From the NCBI GenBank assembly GCA_045545595.1, contig JAZQBG010000045.1, positions 594-64,593 on the forward strand: DNA of 64,000 nucleotides, read 5' to 3'. Positions 19,191 through 28,341 of the stretch are shown here, one piece after another. Made by a program: the position numbers and the translations under genes. The DNA is from Bacilli bacterium. GTDB lineage: Bacteria; Bacillota_I; Bacilli_A; RF39; UBA660. The notes under the pieces are model-generated. The model was not told the origin of the DNA and ran no database searches. It saw only the letters and a list, made by a program, of their open reading frames with translations. Position 1 is the first letter of the stretch, and the number at the start of each line of letters is the position of its first letter.

Positions 19191-19610
19191 CTATCTCTTA
19201 CTGAATTGAGGAGCTCTACGAGCTTTTTTAAGACCATATTTTTTACGTTCTTTAACTCTTGAATCTCTAGTTATAAATCCTTGTGCTTTTAAGATTTTTC
19301 TGAATGAGTTTTCAGAATCTGAATCAGTTGTTGAATCATATTCTAATAAAGCTCTAGTAATACCTAATCTAATTGCACCTGTTTGACCTGAGAATCCACC
19401 ACCATGAACATCAACAGTTACATCAAACATTTCATTAGTATTTGTATAAACTAATGGTTGAGTTAAATCCATAACTAAAGTTTCATATGGAAAATATTCA
19501 TGAACATCTCTACCGTTAACAGTAATTTTACCTTTACCTGGAGTTAGAGTAACTCTAGCTATAGAACGTTTTCTACGTCCTGTTCCATAATAAGATTTTT
19601 TATTAGCCAT
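19191..19610 (-). CDS. rpsI: 30S ribosomal protein S9
   Basis: Ends with conserved RRAPQFSKR. Full-length match to S9 pattern. Confidence 0.95.
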   Translation of the reverse strand: MANKKSYYGTGRRKRSIARVTLTPGKGKITVNGRDVHEYFPYETLVMDLTQPLVYTNTNEMFDVTVDVHGGGFSGQTGAIRLGITRALLEYDSTTDSDSENSFRKILKAQGFITRDSRVKERKKYGLKKARRAPQFSKR

Positions 19611-19622
19611 ACCTTTAACCTC

Positions 19623-20060
19623 CTAGTCAATATTCATTTCTACTGGTTTTTGAGCTTCGTGTTTATGTTCATTACCAGCATATACGAATAATTTTTTACC
19701 CATTTGACGTCCTAATCTTCCATTTGGAAGCATTCCTTTAACAGCTCTTTCAATCATTTCAGTTGGATAGTTTGCTCTCATTGTTCTAGCAGTTCTTTCT
19801 CTTAATCCTCCTGGATAACCACTATGGTTATAATACATTTTTTGATCTAATTTGTTTCCAGTTAAACTAACTTTTTCTGCATTAACAATGATTACGAAGT
19901 CACCACAATCAACATGTGGAGTAAATGTAGGTTTATGTTTACCACGTAATACTGTAGCAGCTTTAGTCGCAACACGTCCTAATGGCTTACCAGCAGCATC
20001 GATAACATACCATTTACGATTAACTTCTTCTTTTTTTTGCATAAATGTTGTCATTTTCAA
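19623..20060 (-). CDS. rplM: 50S ribosomal protein L13
   Basis: [28 protein letters not shown] matches L13 N-terminus. Start may be the ATG 6 nt downstream (MTTF...). Confidence 0.95.
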   Translation of the reverse strand: MKMTTFMQKKEEVNRKWYVIDAAGKPLGRVATKAATVLRGKHKPTFTPHVDCGDFVIIVNAEKVSLTGNKLDQKMYYNHSGYPGGLRERTARTMRANYPTEMIERAVKGMLPNGRLGRQMGKKLFVYAGNEHKHEAQKPVEMNID

Positions 20061-20338
20061 ATCTCCCTTTCGTTTATCAGTATTAAGTAAACTTTCCCAG
20101 GGCTTACTTAGTACGTGGGATAAAACTAAATGTACCAGCTAAAATTATACTAAAACATACTATGAAAGTCAATTAAATATGATGTAAAATGTAAAAAAAT
20201 TAGAACAAAATCTAATTTTTAACGTTAAATCACACTGATTATGTCTTAATACCTATTAATATTAATATTGTAACAATTGTTTTTTCATAGTGTGTTTTAT
20301 TATCCTCTTTTTCTCCTAAAATATTTTTATAAATAAAC

Positions 20339-20970
20339 TTAATTTTTTCTAATTGTTAATTTCATAGTCTTAAATAATATTTTTATGTCTAATAATAGAT
20401 TGTTATTTTTAACATAACTATAATCTAATTTCAAACGTTCAACAAACAATCTGTTACTTTTTTGATTTACTTGCCAAATACCAGTTATACCAGGTTTACA
20501 AGTTATTATGTGTTTATAATATTTTTTCATATCATTTTTTTCACGTTCTAAATATGGTCTTGGTCCAACCAAGCTCATATTTCCAATTAGTACATTTATA
20601 AATTGTGGAAATTCATCAATGTTAGTTTTTCTAATAAACTTTCCGATTTTTGTAATTCTAGGATCGTCATGTAATTTTTTATATTTGCTATATTTTCTTC
20701 AGACAGTTGTTTATTTTCGTTTAAAATTGTTTCTAATCTTTCATCGGCGTCAACTACCATTGATCTATATTTGTATATCTTGAATATTTTGCCATTTTTC
20801 CCTATTCTCTTTTGAGAGTAAAAAATAGGTCCCTTTTCTCTTAAAATTAATTTAGCAATTATAATAGATATAGTAATTGGTATTAATATTACAGGACCTA
20901 TTAAACCACCTATTATATCGATAATTCTTTTTATAAATTTTTCTAGATTTTTTACTACACATTTTGTCAT
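20339..20970 (-). pseudogene. polyprenyl glycosylphosphotransferase (bacterial sugar transferase, EPS/capsule initiating enzyme) split by frameshift
   Basis: ORF 20596..20970 carries the N-terminal TM segment and KYRSMVVDADERLE. ORF 20339..20578 carries the C-terminal MSLVGPRPYL. The conserved DPRITKIGKFIRKTNIDEFPQFINVLIGN motif is readable only in a third frame. The shift occurs at a T6/A6 homopolymer around 20684. Confidence 0.6.
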
Positions 20971-21138
20971 CTAAAACACCTACTACAATAGTTGAATATT
21001 TTATTTAGTGTTAATATTCTACTATCAAATAAATTTGTAACATCTTAGATAAGTATATCATTCTATGATTAAGCTTGTTAATAAATCTAATATTAATTTA
21101 GCCGTCAAACATTATTATATCGAATATATTTTTGAAAT

Positions 21139-22377
21139 TTAGTCCCTTTGAAAAATATCTCGTGTATAAACTTTATCACGTACGTCATCTAAACATGAAT
21201 TATAGTGATTTGCAAGAATTGTATTACTTCTCTTTTTAAATTCTTCTAAATCATTTATAACTTCGTTACCAAAAAATGTAGTTCCATTTTCTAATGTTGG
21301 TTCATAAATAATTACAGTTGCGCCTTTTTCTTTAATAAATCTCATAACATCTTGTATGCTGCTTTCTCGGAAGTTATCAGAATTATTTTTCATTGTCAAG
21401 CGATATATCCCTATTACACACAAATTTTCCTGTTCACTATAATTATAAAAACCAGATATTTTTAAAATACGCTCTGCAATGAAATCTTTTCTAGTTTTAT
21501 TTGAATCTACTATTGCTTCAATCAGGTTTTCTGGGACATCTTCATAATTTGCCAATAGTTGTTTTGTATCCTTAGGAAGACAATATCCGCCATATCCGAA
21601 ACTTGGATTATTGTAATGGAACCCTATTCGAGAATCTAAACATACCCCTTCAATAATCTTTTGTGTATCCAATCCCTTTATTTCTGCATAAGTATCTAAT
21701 TCATTGAAATAAGAAACACGAAGAGCAAGATATGTATTTGAAAATAACTCAACTGCTTCTGCCTCGGTAAAACCCATAATCAAAGTATCTATATCTTTTT
21801 TGATAGCACTTTCTTTTAAGATTTTTTCGAAAACGTGTGATTTTTCTACTAATCTTTCATCATCCAAATCTGTTCCGACAATTATGCGACTAGGATATAG
21901 ATTGTCATATAGTGCTTTTGTTTCACGTAGGAATTCTGGACTAAAAATTATATTCTTACTTCCAGTCTTCTCCCTGATTGTTTTTGTGTATCCAACTGGA
22001 ACTGTAGATTTAATTACCATAGTTGCATCTGGTGCATATTCCATTACTTGATGAACAACATTTTCCACTGCCAGTGTGTCAAAATAATTTTTATCTTCAT
22101 CATAATTTGTAGGAGTTGCAATTATTACAAAATCCGCATCAGTATATGCATCTTTTGCATTCATAGTAGCTATCAAATTTAATTCTTTTTCTCTAAAATA
22201 CTTTTCAATATAATCATCTTGAATTGGAGACTTTCTATTGTTGATCATATTTACTTTTTCTGGAATAATATCTACTATATATACTTGATTTTTCATAGCT
22301 AAAAGTGTGGCAATACTTAGACCTACATATCCTGCTCCTGCAACTGCTATTTTTAATTTGTTAGTATTATTTTTCAT
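21139..22377 (-). CDS. ugd: UDP-glucose 6-dehydrogenase (nucleotide-sugar dehydrogenase family)
   Basis: N-terminal NAD-binding motif [13 protein letters not shown]. Catalytic Cys motif [21 protein letters not shown] region. Confidence 0.8.
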   Translation of the reverse strand: MKNNTNKLKIAVAGAGYVGLSIATLLAMKNQVYIVDIIPEKVNMINNRKSPIQDDYIEKYFREKELNLIATMNAKDAYTDADFVIIATPTNYDEDKNYFDTLAVENVVHQVMEYAPDATMVIKSTVPVGYTKTIREKTGSKNIIFSPEFLRETKALYDNLYPSRIIVGTDLDDERLVEKSHVFEKILKESAIKKDIDTLIMGFTEAEAVELFSNTYLALRVSYFNELDTYAEIKGLDTQKIIEGVCLDSRIGFHYNNPSFGYGGYCLPKDTKQLLANYEDVPENLIEAIVDSNKTRKDFIAERILKISGFYNYSEQENLCVIGIYRLTMKNNSDNFRESSIQDVMRFIKEKGATVIIYEPTLENGTTFFGNEVINDLEEFKKRSNTILANHYNSCLDDVRDKVYTRDIFQRD

Positions 22378-22497
22378 ATTACCACTACTTCCTACAATAA
22401 ATATGTGCTATCATTATCAATTATAAATATCATATTTTATTAACAATAATTCCATCAATATCTATGTTAATATTTTCTAAAGCTTTTTTAGCCATAT

Positions 22498-23664
22498 TTA
22501 TCTCTGTTTCTTTCGTATAATCATTCGACTAACCACAAATACCTTATCTACTAAGCGGGACAAAACAAGTGGATCTGACTCATTATTTATGTGTGAAGTC
22601 ACAACTATTATATAATCGTATGTTTCTTTAAATCTACTAAAACACTCAGTAATTGAACTAGAATTAAATAAATTGTTTTTTTCTGTATCAGTACCTTTAG
22701 AAATAAAACATAAATTATCAATGTTAGTATTAGTCATATACTTTTTATAACCATCTTTATTATCACTTAGTAAATTAGAAAAACCATTTTTATTATTAGT
22801 GTTAAACACTTCATGTAATTTTCCTGTTTTAAAATCACAATCAATAATAAGTATCTTTTTACCTATATCCGAAAAAGCTAAAGCTAATTTGCTAGCAATA
22901 AAATTTTTACCTTCATTCTTTTTTGAACTAGTAATCATTATAATTTTAGAATTATCTAAACTACATTTACTTTCTATATTGGTTCTAAGAATTCTTATGC
23001 TTTCAGTCACATTCATATCATATTCACGTGAAGTTTTTTTATAGTCATTTATATATCCTATTACTGGTATATTAAATTTGTTTTCCAAGTTATTAATAGT
23101 TCGTATTTTTTCATCAATATAGAATATTACAAAAATAATGCCTAATCCTACAATACATCCTATTCCAAAACAAAATATTAAAATTTTACTAACACTAACG
23201 TCAGTAGTTTCAAGAGTGAAAGTTGCTTCTTCTAAAATAATAATGTTTCTATTATTATAATTGTTTTTAACTTCTTCCATTAAATAAGAAGCAATTTTAT
23301 TAGCGATATTTATTGAATTTTTACTGTCTATATCTTTTACCTCTATCTTAACTAAAAAACTAGCTTCTTCTGTAATAACGGTTATGTTATTTGATAATTT
23401 AACAGTATTCATGTTTAAGCCTAAATCGCTTATTACTTTAGTTAAAGTTTTGTTTGACTTGGCTGTTTCTCTGCAGAAAGAAAATATTTCAGCAAGTGAT
23501 GGCGCTACATCTTCAGTTTTGTTGATTCCTTCGTTAACAGGTACAAATAATTTAGCATTTGTTTTGTAATAAATGTTTTGGTTGTTTTTACAATATATAC
23601 CGCCAAAAATAGTACCTAGCACACAACACAAAAGTACAATCCAAATTCTTTTTACAAAAAACAT
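22498..23664 (-). CDS. fused Wzz-like chain-length determinant / BY-kinase-like P-loop ATPase; C-terminus probably frameshifted; no Tyr cluster
   Basis: N-terminal Wzz-type TM plus periplasmic domain. Second TM, then ParA/MinD-like Walker A ITSSKKNEGKN and Walker B ILIIDCD. The conserved C-terminal motif ALENINIDIDGIIVNKI is encoded in a different frame just downstream of the annotated stop (22384-22450). Confidence 0.5.
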   Translation of the reverse strand: MFFVKRIWIVLLCCVLGTIFGGIYCKNNQNIYYKTNAKLFVPVNEGINKTEDVAPSLAEIFSFCRETAKSNKTLTKVISDLGLNMNTVKLSNNITVITEEASFLVKIEVKDIDSKNSINIANKIASYLMEEVKNNYNNRNIIILEEATFTLETTDVSVSKILIFCFGIGCIVGLGIIFVIFYIDEKIRTINNLENKFNIPVIGYINDYKKTSREYDMNVTESIRILRTNIESKCSLDNSKIIMITSSKKNEGKNFIASKLALAFSDIGKKILIIDCDFKTGKLHEVFNTNNKNGFSNLLSDNKDGYKKYMTNTNIDNLCFISKGTDTEKNNLFNSSSITECFSRFKETYDYIIVVTSHINNESDPLVLSRLVDKVFVVSRMIIRKKQR

Positions 23665-23694
23665 AAATAAATCTTATATCTAATAGCATTTTAA

Positions 23695-23725
23695 TTATAA
23701 AAAAATAAGAGTTTTCACTCTTATT
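23695..23725 (-). terminator. rho-independent terminator
   Basis: aataagagt/actcttatt 9-bp stem with T-run on minus strand. Confidence 0.5.
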
Positions 23726-23847
23726 ATTTATAACTTGTGATGTAAATTTCAAATATTAATTTAATATTTTTTATAACATCTATTATTAAATTTAACACTA
23801 TAATCCCTCTTTACGGATAGATATTCTACCATAAAAAGGAATATATG

Positions 23848-24303
23848 TCAAAATTTGGTATTAATGATAGACTTTAAAACCAAGGATTTGTATCTTTCTG
23901 CAGTTTCTGGACGAGTAAAAAGATTATTCTTTTTATATACAATCATCATATTATTTTCATCTTTGCAATATTTTATTAATTTATAATCTACATCATTTGT
24001 AACATTTAAAAAATAGAATTTTTCAAGTTTTTTGCTAATAATGGATATTCTATCAACACCATATCTATTATTTTCAAAATAATAATAGTAGGAATTATTT
24101 TCATGTATGTCCAAATTTTCTGGAATATCAAATTCTATAGAATCATAACTGGCATTTTTAACACTAATATATAAATCATTTATATGTTGTCTAAATAGTT
24201 CTAAATTTTCATAGGTTTTAATTATTTCTTTGTTTTTTTCTAGAAAGCCAACCAAATTTCTAATACTTTTTCTTTTTTCAAAATCACTTAGTTCATTTTT
24301 CAT
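23848..24303 (-). CDS. hypothetical protein (immediately 3' of ssrA)
   Basis: 151-aa ORF with no recognisable motif. Confidence 0.3.
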   Translation of the reverse strand: MKNELSDFEKRKSIRNLVGFLEKNKEIIKTYENLELFRQHINDLYISVKNASYDSIEFDIPENLDIHENNSYYYYFENNRYGVDRISIISKKLEKFYFLNVTNDVDYKLIKYCKDENNMMIVYKKNNLFTRPETAERYKSLVLKSIINTKF

Positions 24304-24400
24304 TATATTTTCTCCTTCTCTAGACTATTAAATATATGTAGGAATATAATAAAAAATTCACAAAATAAAAAAACTATTTTTCAAGAGATTAAATCATAAT

Positions 24401-24761
24401 TGGTGGAGATGAGGGGTAGCGAACCCCTGTCCAAAAATAAATCATTAGTACATCTACAAGCTTAGTCAATTTTTAAATTTCCTAATAGATAAAACAAATT
24501 GACAAACCTATCTATTAGTAAGTCTTTAAATATTCGTTATTCTAGCAAGACAATAGAATAATATAGTTCACTAAATATGAGCCCCTAATATTCCCCGTGA
24601 ACAAAGGAATAAAAGAAGCTTACACCAACCCTAAATTAATTAGGCAAAAGAAGGTGCAAAGTTATAATTATTTTTTCCGTTTATTTTTCGGTTTTGGAAT
24701 TAACGCATACCTGCGACTTGCAGTAGTTAACTCATTATTTCTGTCGAATCAATTCATCCCC
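24401..24761 (-). ncRNA. ssrA: tmRNA (transfer-messenger RNA, SsrA)
   Basis: Minus-strand 5' end GGGGAUGAAUUGAUUCGACAG and 3' end GGACAGGGGUUCGCUACCCCUCAUCUCCACCA. Acceptor stem pairs with G3:U wobble (alanine identity element). T-arm GGUUCGCUACC and encoded CCA. Internal tag frame ends ...KNNYNFAPSFA then TAA. Downstream of smpB as expected. Confidence 0.9.
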
Positions 24762-24813
24762 ATGTACACACATTATATCATATTTTCACTAAAAAGTAAA
24801 AACCCTTCATAAA

Positions 24814-24842
24814 GTTTATGAAGGGTTTTATAGTTGAATCTT
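24814..24842 (-). terminator. rho-independent terminator between pilin-like gene and ssrA
   Basis: 10-bp perfect stem aacccttcat/atgaagggtt. Confidence 0.6.
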
Positions 24843-24843
24843 A

Positions 24844-26727
24844 TTATTCCTCAGCAATTCTAGCATAAATCCATTCTACAAATCCATCTCTAACTCCTTG
24901 TGACATTGTTGATGAAATTGTATTTGAACCATACAATGGCCATTTTTTAGACAATGTTATAATAATATCAACTTCATAATTTTCTTTTGTGAATTTGTAA
25001 ACTAGGTTACTAAATGCGCTTTTTGTTCCACTACTGCTACTTAAGACTGTATTTTTAAATGAAGTGAATCGGTTTTTATACGAACGTGTTGATAATCCTG
25101 TGTAATAATTCTCAAAAGCATCTGAAATTGATAGACTACTGTTTTGACTCAAATTATAGTATATTACCCATCCATCAGTATCAGCATACATATCATCCAT
25201 ATTAAAACTAGTATTACTATTACCTAACAAATTCATTGTTGCCTTTTTATATCCTGCAACTGTTTTATCGGTTACTGTTGATAATAAATTATCAACCATG
25301 AATGTTTGAAGATCTCCTGCCCAACTTGCTACTGAGTCAACAGTTATTTGATTAAGTAGATCATAAGGAGAACTAGCTGTTTGATACATTCTGGTATCAA
25401 TTACTGCAGCCATATGTATTAAGTCTATAGTATCATCATTTATTGTAAAACTTTTTTTATTATTAAAATATGTTTTTAAATTTAATGCGTTTGATTGAAC
25501 GTATTCACGAAATGAATAATCAGTTCTTGAAACCTTATCCCAATTTGAACCAGTATATGAAAATGTTCGAATATAATTAAATACTAACCACTTGCTGTAT
25601 GAGGGTTTATAATTTGCAGTTGTATAAGTGGCAGTTGTTGCATAGTTTTTCGCTAATAATTCTAGTCGTGCTATGTTTTTTAATAATGTTGCTACATCTC
25701 TCGGATATTTTAGTTTTTCTGTATATAGTATATTACTTCCATAATTATTTCTTATATTATTATCACCATCATACATTATTATTTCATATTTGTTATCAGC
25801 ATTTATTCTTAACTCTCCACTACCCTTTACATTTGAATTCATAGATATAGAGTTATCATTAATAATATTACCATATTGATCGATTTTGTTTATTGTTCCA
25901 TCATTAAATTCAAAATAAACCTCTGATGTGATATTGTTATTTTTAATATATTTTTTAGCAACAGCTTTTATTTCTTGATATAACACTATAATATTATCAT
26001 CATAACCACTATTTACATCATCTTCTTTTTCATAATTTCCGTTACTATCAATTATTACTACTTCATTGTTTGATAATTCTATTGAGTACTTAAAAGATAA
26101 TGATTCATCTAATATAATGTTTCCGTTTAATGATTTATTTGCGTTAGGATTTATTAATTTATACACTTCTATTTTTGAACCGTCATTTAAATATTCATAT
26201 ATTATTTCACCCTCAAATATAAATCTTTTGCTACCAGTAATTTCATTGTAGGTAGAATACATATCTATAAATAGAGCTAATTCGTTATATAATGACAATA
26301 CATCTCTCGACTCAATTAATGATTTAGTTACTATATTATTTGAATTATAGTCTTTAATTGCATCTATATTTTCACCCTCTAATAATACTGATATCTCTTT
26401 TTGGGGATTAATTTTAATTATACAAAAACTACAAGATTCACCTTTATATTTAAAATAATTTGTTTCTGTTTTTGTACCATCACTATTAATCATGTATTCA
26501 GTATCATTTTCGATTACATAAAATTGTGTTTTCTCTGGTTCCATTTCATTTAACTTAACATCTTCTATAACACTTTTTGCAAGTATTTTTGCGTTGTTAA
26601 CTACAATATCATTTTTTGATTTAGAAATAGCGTTACCAATAAATACATAGCTTATAACACTAATTATAGCTAATATTGTTATTGCAACTAATAACTCTAT
26701 TAGCGTAAACCCTTTTTCTTCTTTCAT
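24844..26727 (-). CDS. large (627 aa) protein with type IV prepilin N-terminal cleavage/methylation domain
   Basis: N-terminus MKEEKGFTLIELLVAITILAIISVISYVF is a class III prepilin signal peptide (G-F-T-L-I-E, then a hydrophobic helix). Remainder is N/Y/S-rich with no other recognisable domain. Confidence 0.6.
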   Translation of the reverse strand: MKEEKGFTLIELLVAITILAIISVISYVFIGNAISKSKNDIVVNNAKILAKSVIEDVKLNEMEPEKTQFYVIENDTEYMINSDGTKTETNYFKYKGESCSFCIIKINPQKEISVLLEGENIDAIKDYNSNNIVTKSLIESRDVLSLYNELALFIDMYSTYNEITGSKRFIFEGEIIYEYLNDGSKIEVYKLINPNANKSLNGNIILDESLSFKYSIELSNNEVVIIDSNGNYEKEDDVNSGYDDNIIVLYQEIKAVAKKYIKNNNITSEVYFEFNDGTINKIDQYGNIINDNSISMNSNVKGSGELRINADNKYEIIMYDGDNNIRNNYGSNILYTEKLKYPRDVATLLKNIARLELLAKNYATTATYTTANYKPSYSKWLVFNYIRTFSYTGSNWDKVSRTDYSFREYVQSNALNLKTYFNNKKSFTINDDTIDLIHMAAVIDTRMYQTASSPYDLLNQITVDSVASWAGDLQTFMVDNLLSTVTDKTVAGYKKATMNLLGNSNTSFNMDDMYADTDGWVIYYNLSQNSSLSISDAFENYYTGLSTRSYKNRFTSFKNTVLSSSSGTKSAFSNLVYKFTKENYEVDIIITLSKKWPLYGSNTISSTMSQGVRDGFVEWIYARIAEE

Positions 26728-26742
26728 AACATCACTGTCCTA

Positions 26743-27177
26743 TTAATATCTACAGATTTTATTTAGTTCTCTTTCTTGTTCTCTTTTTTTGATAGATTCT
26801 CTTTTGTCGTATAACTTCTTACCTTTTCCGATACCAAGCAATACTTTTGCTTTGCCCCTAGTTATATATACCTTAACAGGGAAAAGTGCATAACCCTCAA
26901 TATCTAACTTATTTTTAATCTTTAATATTTCTTTTTTATGAAGCAACAATTTTCTAGTTCTTGTTTCTTCATGATTAAATCTATTACCTTCTTTATATGG
27001 TGCGATATACATATTTAAAAGAAAAGCTTCACCATTTTTTATAATGGCATAACTATCTTTTAAGTTTGCGCTTCCGTTTCTTATAGATTTAATCTCTGTA
27101 CCTTGTAAAACAATACCAGCCTCATATTCTTCATCAATAAAATAATCAAATCTTGCTTTTTTATTTAATATCTCCAT
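26743..27177 (-). CDS. smpB: SsrA-binding protein SmpB
   Basis: [29 protein letters not shown] matches SmpB N-terminus. C-terminal basic tail. Confidence 0.9.
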   Translation of the reverse strand: MEILNKKARFDYFIDEEYEAGIVLQGTEIKSIRNGSANLKDSYAIIKNGEAFLLNMYIAPYKEGNRFNHEETRTRKLLLHKKEILKIKNKLDIEGYALFPVKVYITRGKAKVLLGIGKGKKLYDKRESIKKREQERELNKICRY

Positions 27178-27180
27178 GTT

Positions 27181-28341
27181 CTATCCCTCCAAGCTAACAA
27201 TTGGAATTGTATTATCATATTGTCTTATAATATTTGAAAATTTTTCATAATAACTCTTATAATTGTATAATTCGTTATCTGTTAACATTCTATATGGAAT
27301 AACTTTGTAGTTAGACCAATTTCTATAATAAGTATAAATTAATTCAGTATTTAAATTACTAAGTGTAATATTTGATGTTTGATCTTCTTCCACAGTTTTG
27401 TTGATATCTACTGAAACTAGTGCGCCAGTTAATCTTTCAACTCCAATTTGTGCGGAGATAAAATTTCCTAACGAATAGATTACTAATGTATTTCCAACAT
27501 ATTCAATAGGTTGTAATACATGTGGATGAGTTCCAATTATAATATCAACACCTAAATCTGATAGATAACGTGCTACTCTTTTTTGTTCGTCACTTGCACT
27601 ATGCCAATATTCATTTCCCCAATGCATAGATATTAATATAACATCAACTTGGTCTCTTACTCTTTCGATATCTTCTTTAACTTTTTCGTCTGAGTAGGTT
27701 ACTGCATAATAATTTTTACCACCTGGGTGAAGTAGTCCATTAGTACTAGTAGTATAAGCAAGTAATGTATATTTAATATTATTTTTTTCCATTATTCTAG
27801 GAGTAATTCTATCTTCTTCACTCTCATAAGAACCCGCAGTTAATACTCCTTCTTTTTGTTTCCAATAATTTAATGAGTGAAGTACTCCTTTTTCCCCTTT
27901 ATCAAGTGTATGATTACTAGCTAAGTTTACAAGATTAAATCCCATATTAACCATACAATCTCCTATTTCATCTGGAGAATTAAACAATGGATAAGAAGAC
28001 ATTCCTAAATCTTTACCACCTATTATTGTTTCTTGATTATAGAATGCTAAATCATAGTTTTGGACAATTGGTGCGATATAAGTCATTTGTTTAGTAAAGT
28101 CATAATTATTATTACCAAGGTGAGCATCTCCATAAACAGTTGTGTGGATAAGTGCATCACCCGTCATAATTAAACTTAATTTATAATTTTTAGGATATAT
28201 CTCTTTAGGTTCTTCTACCTTTTCCTCTACTTCTTTTTTAGGTTCTTCTTTTTCATTATTGTTTTTAACTATATACACATTAGTAGTAACAATTCCTATT
28301 GCAAAAAATATTAATAAAAGATTTTTAAATATTCTTCTCAT
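27181..28341 (-). CDS. CapA/PGA_cap-family metallophosphoesterase-like protein
   Basis: Signal-anchor. LIMTGDALIHTTVY and NLASNHTLDKG motifs typical of the CapA family. Confidence 0.55.
   Translation of the reverse strand: MRRIFKNLLLIFFAIGIVTTNVYIVKNNNEKEEPKKEVEEKVEEPKEIYPKNYKLSLIMTGDALIHTTVYGDAHLGNNNYDFTKQMTYIAPIVQNYDLAFYNQETIIGGKDLGMSSYPLFNSPDEIGDCMVNMGFNLVNLASNHTLDKGEKGVLHSLNYWKQKEGVLTAGSYESEEDRITPRIMEKNNIKYTLLAYTTSTNGLLHPGGKNYYAVTYSDEKVKEDIERVRDQVDVILISMHWGNEYWHSASDEQKRVARYLSDLGVDIIIGTHPHVLQPIEYVGNTLVIYSLGNFISAQIGVERLTGALVSVDINKTVEEDQTSNITLSNLNTELIYTYYRNWSNYKVIPYRMLTDNELYNYKSYYEKFSNIIRQYDNTIPIVSLEG

Noticed and set aside
24597-24812. 71-aa plus-strand ORF
   Set aside because: Lies antisense within the tmRNA gene. 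The sequence is explained by ssrA.
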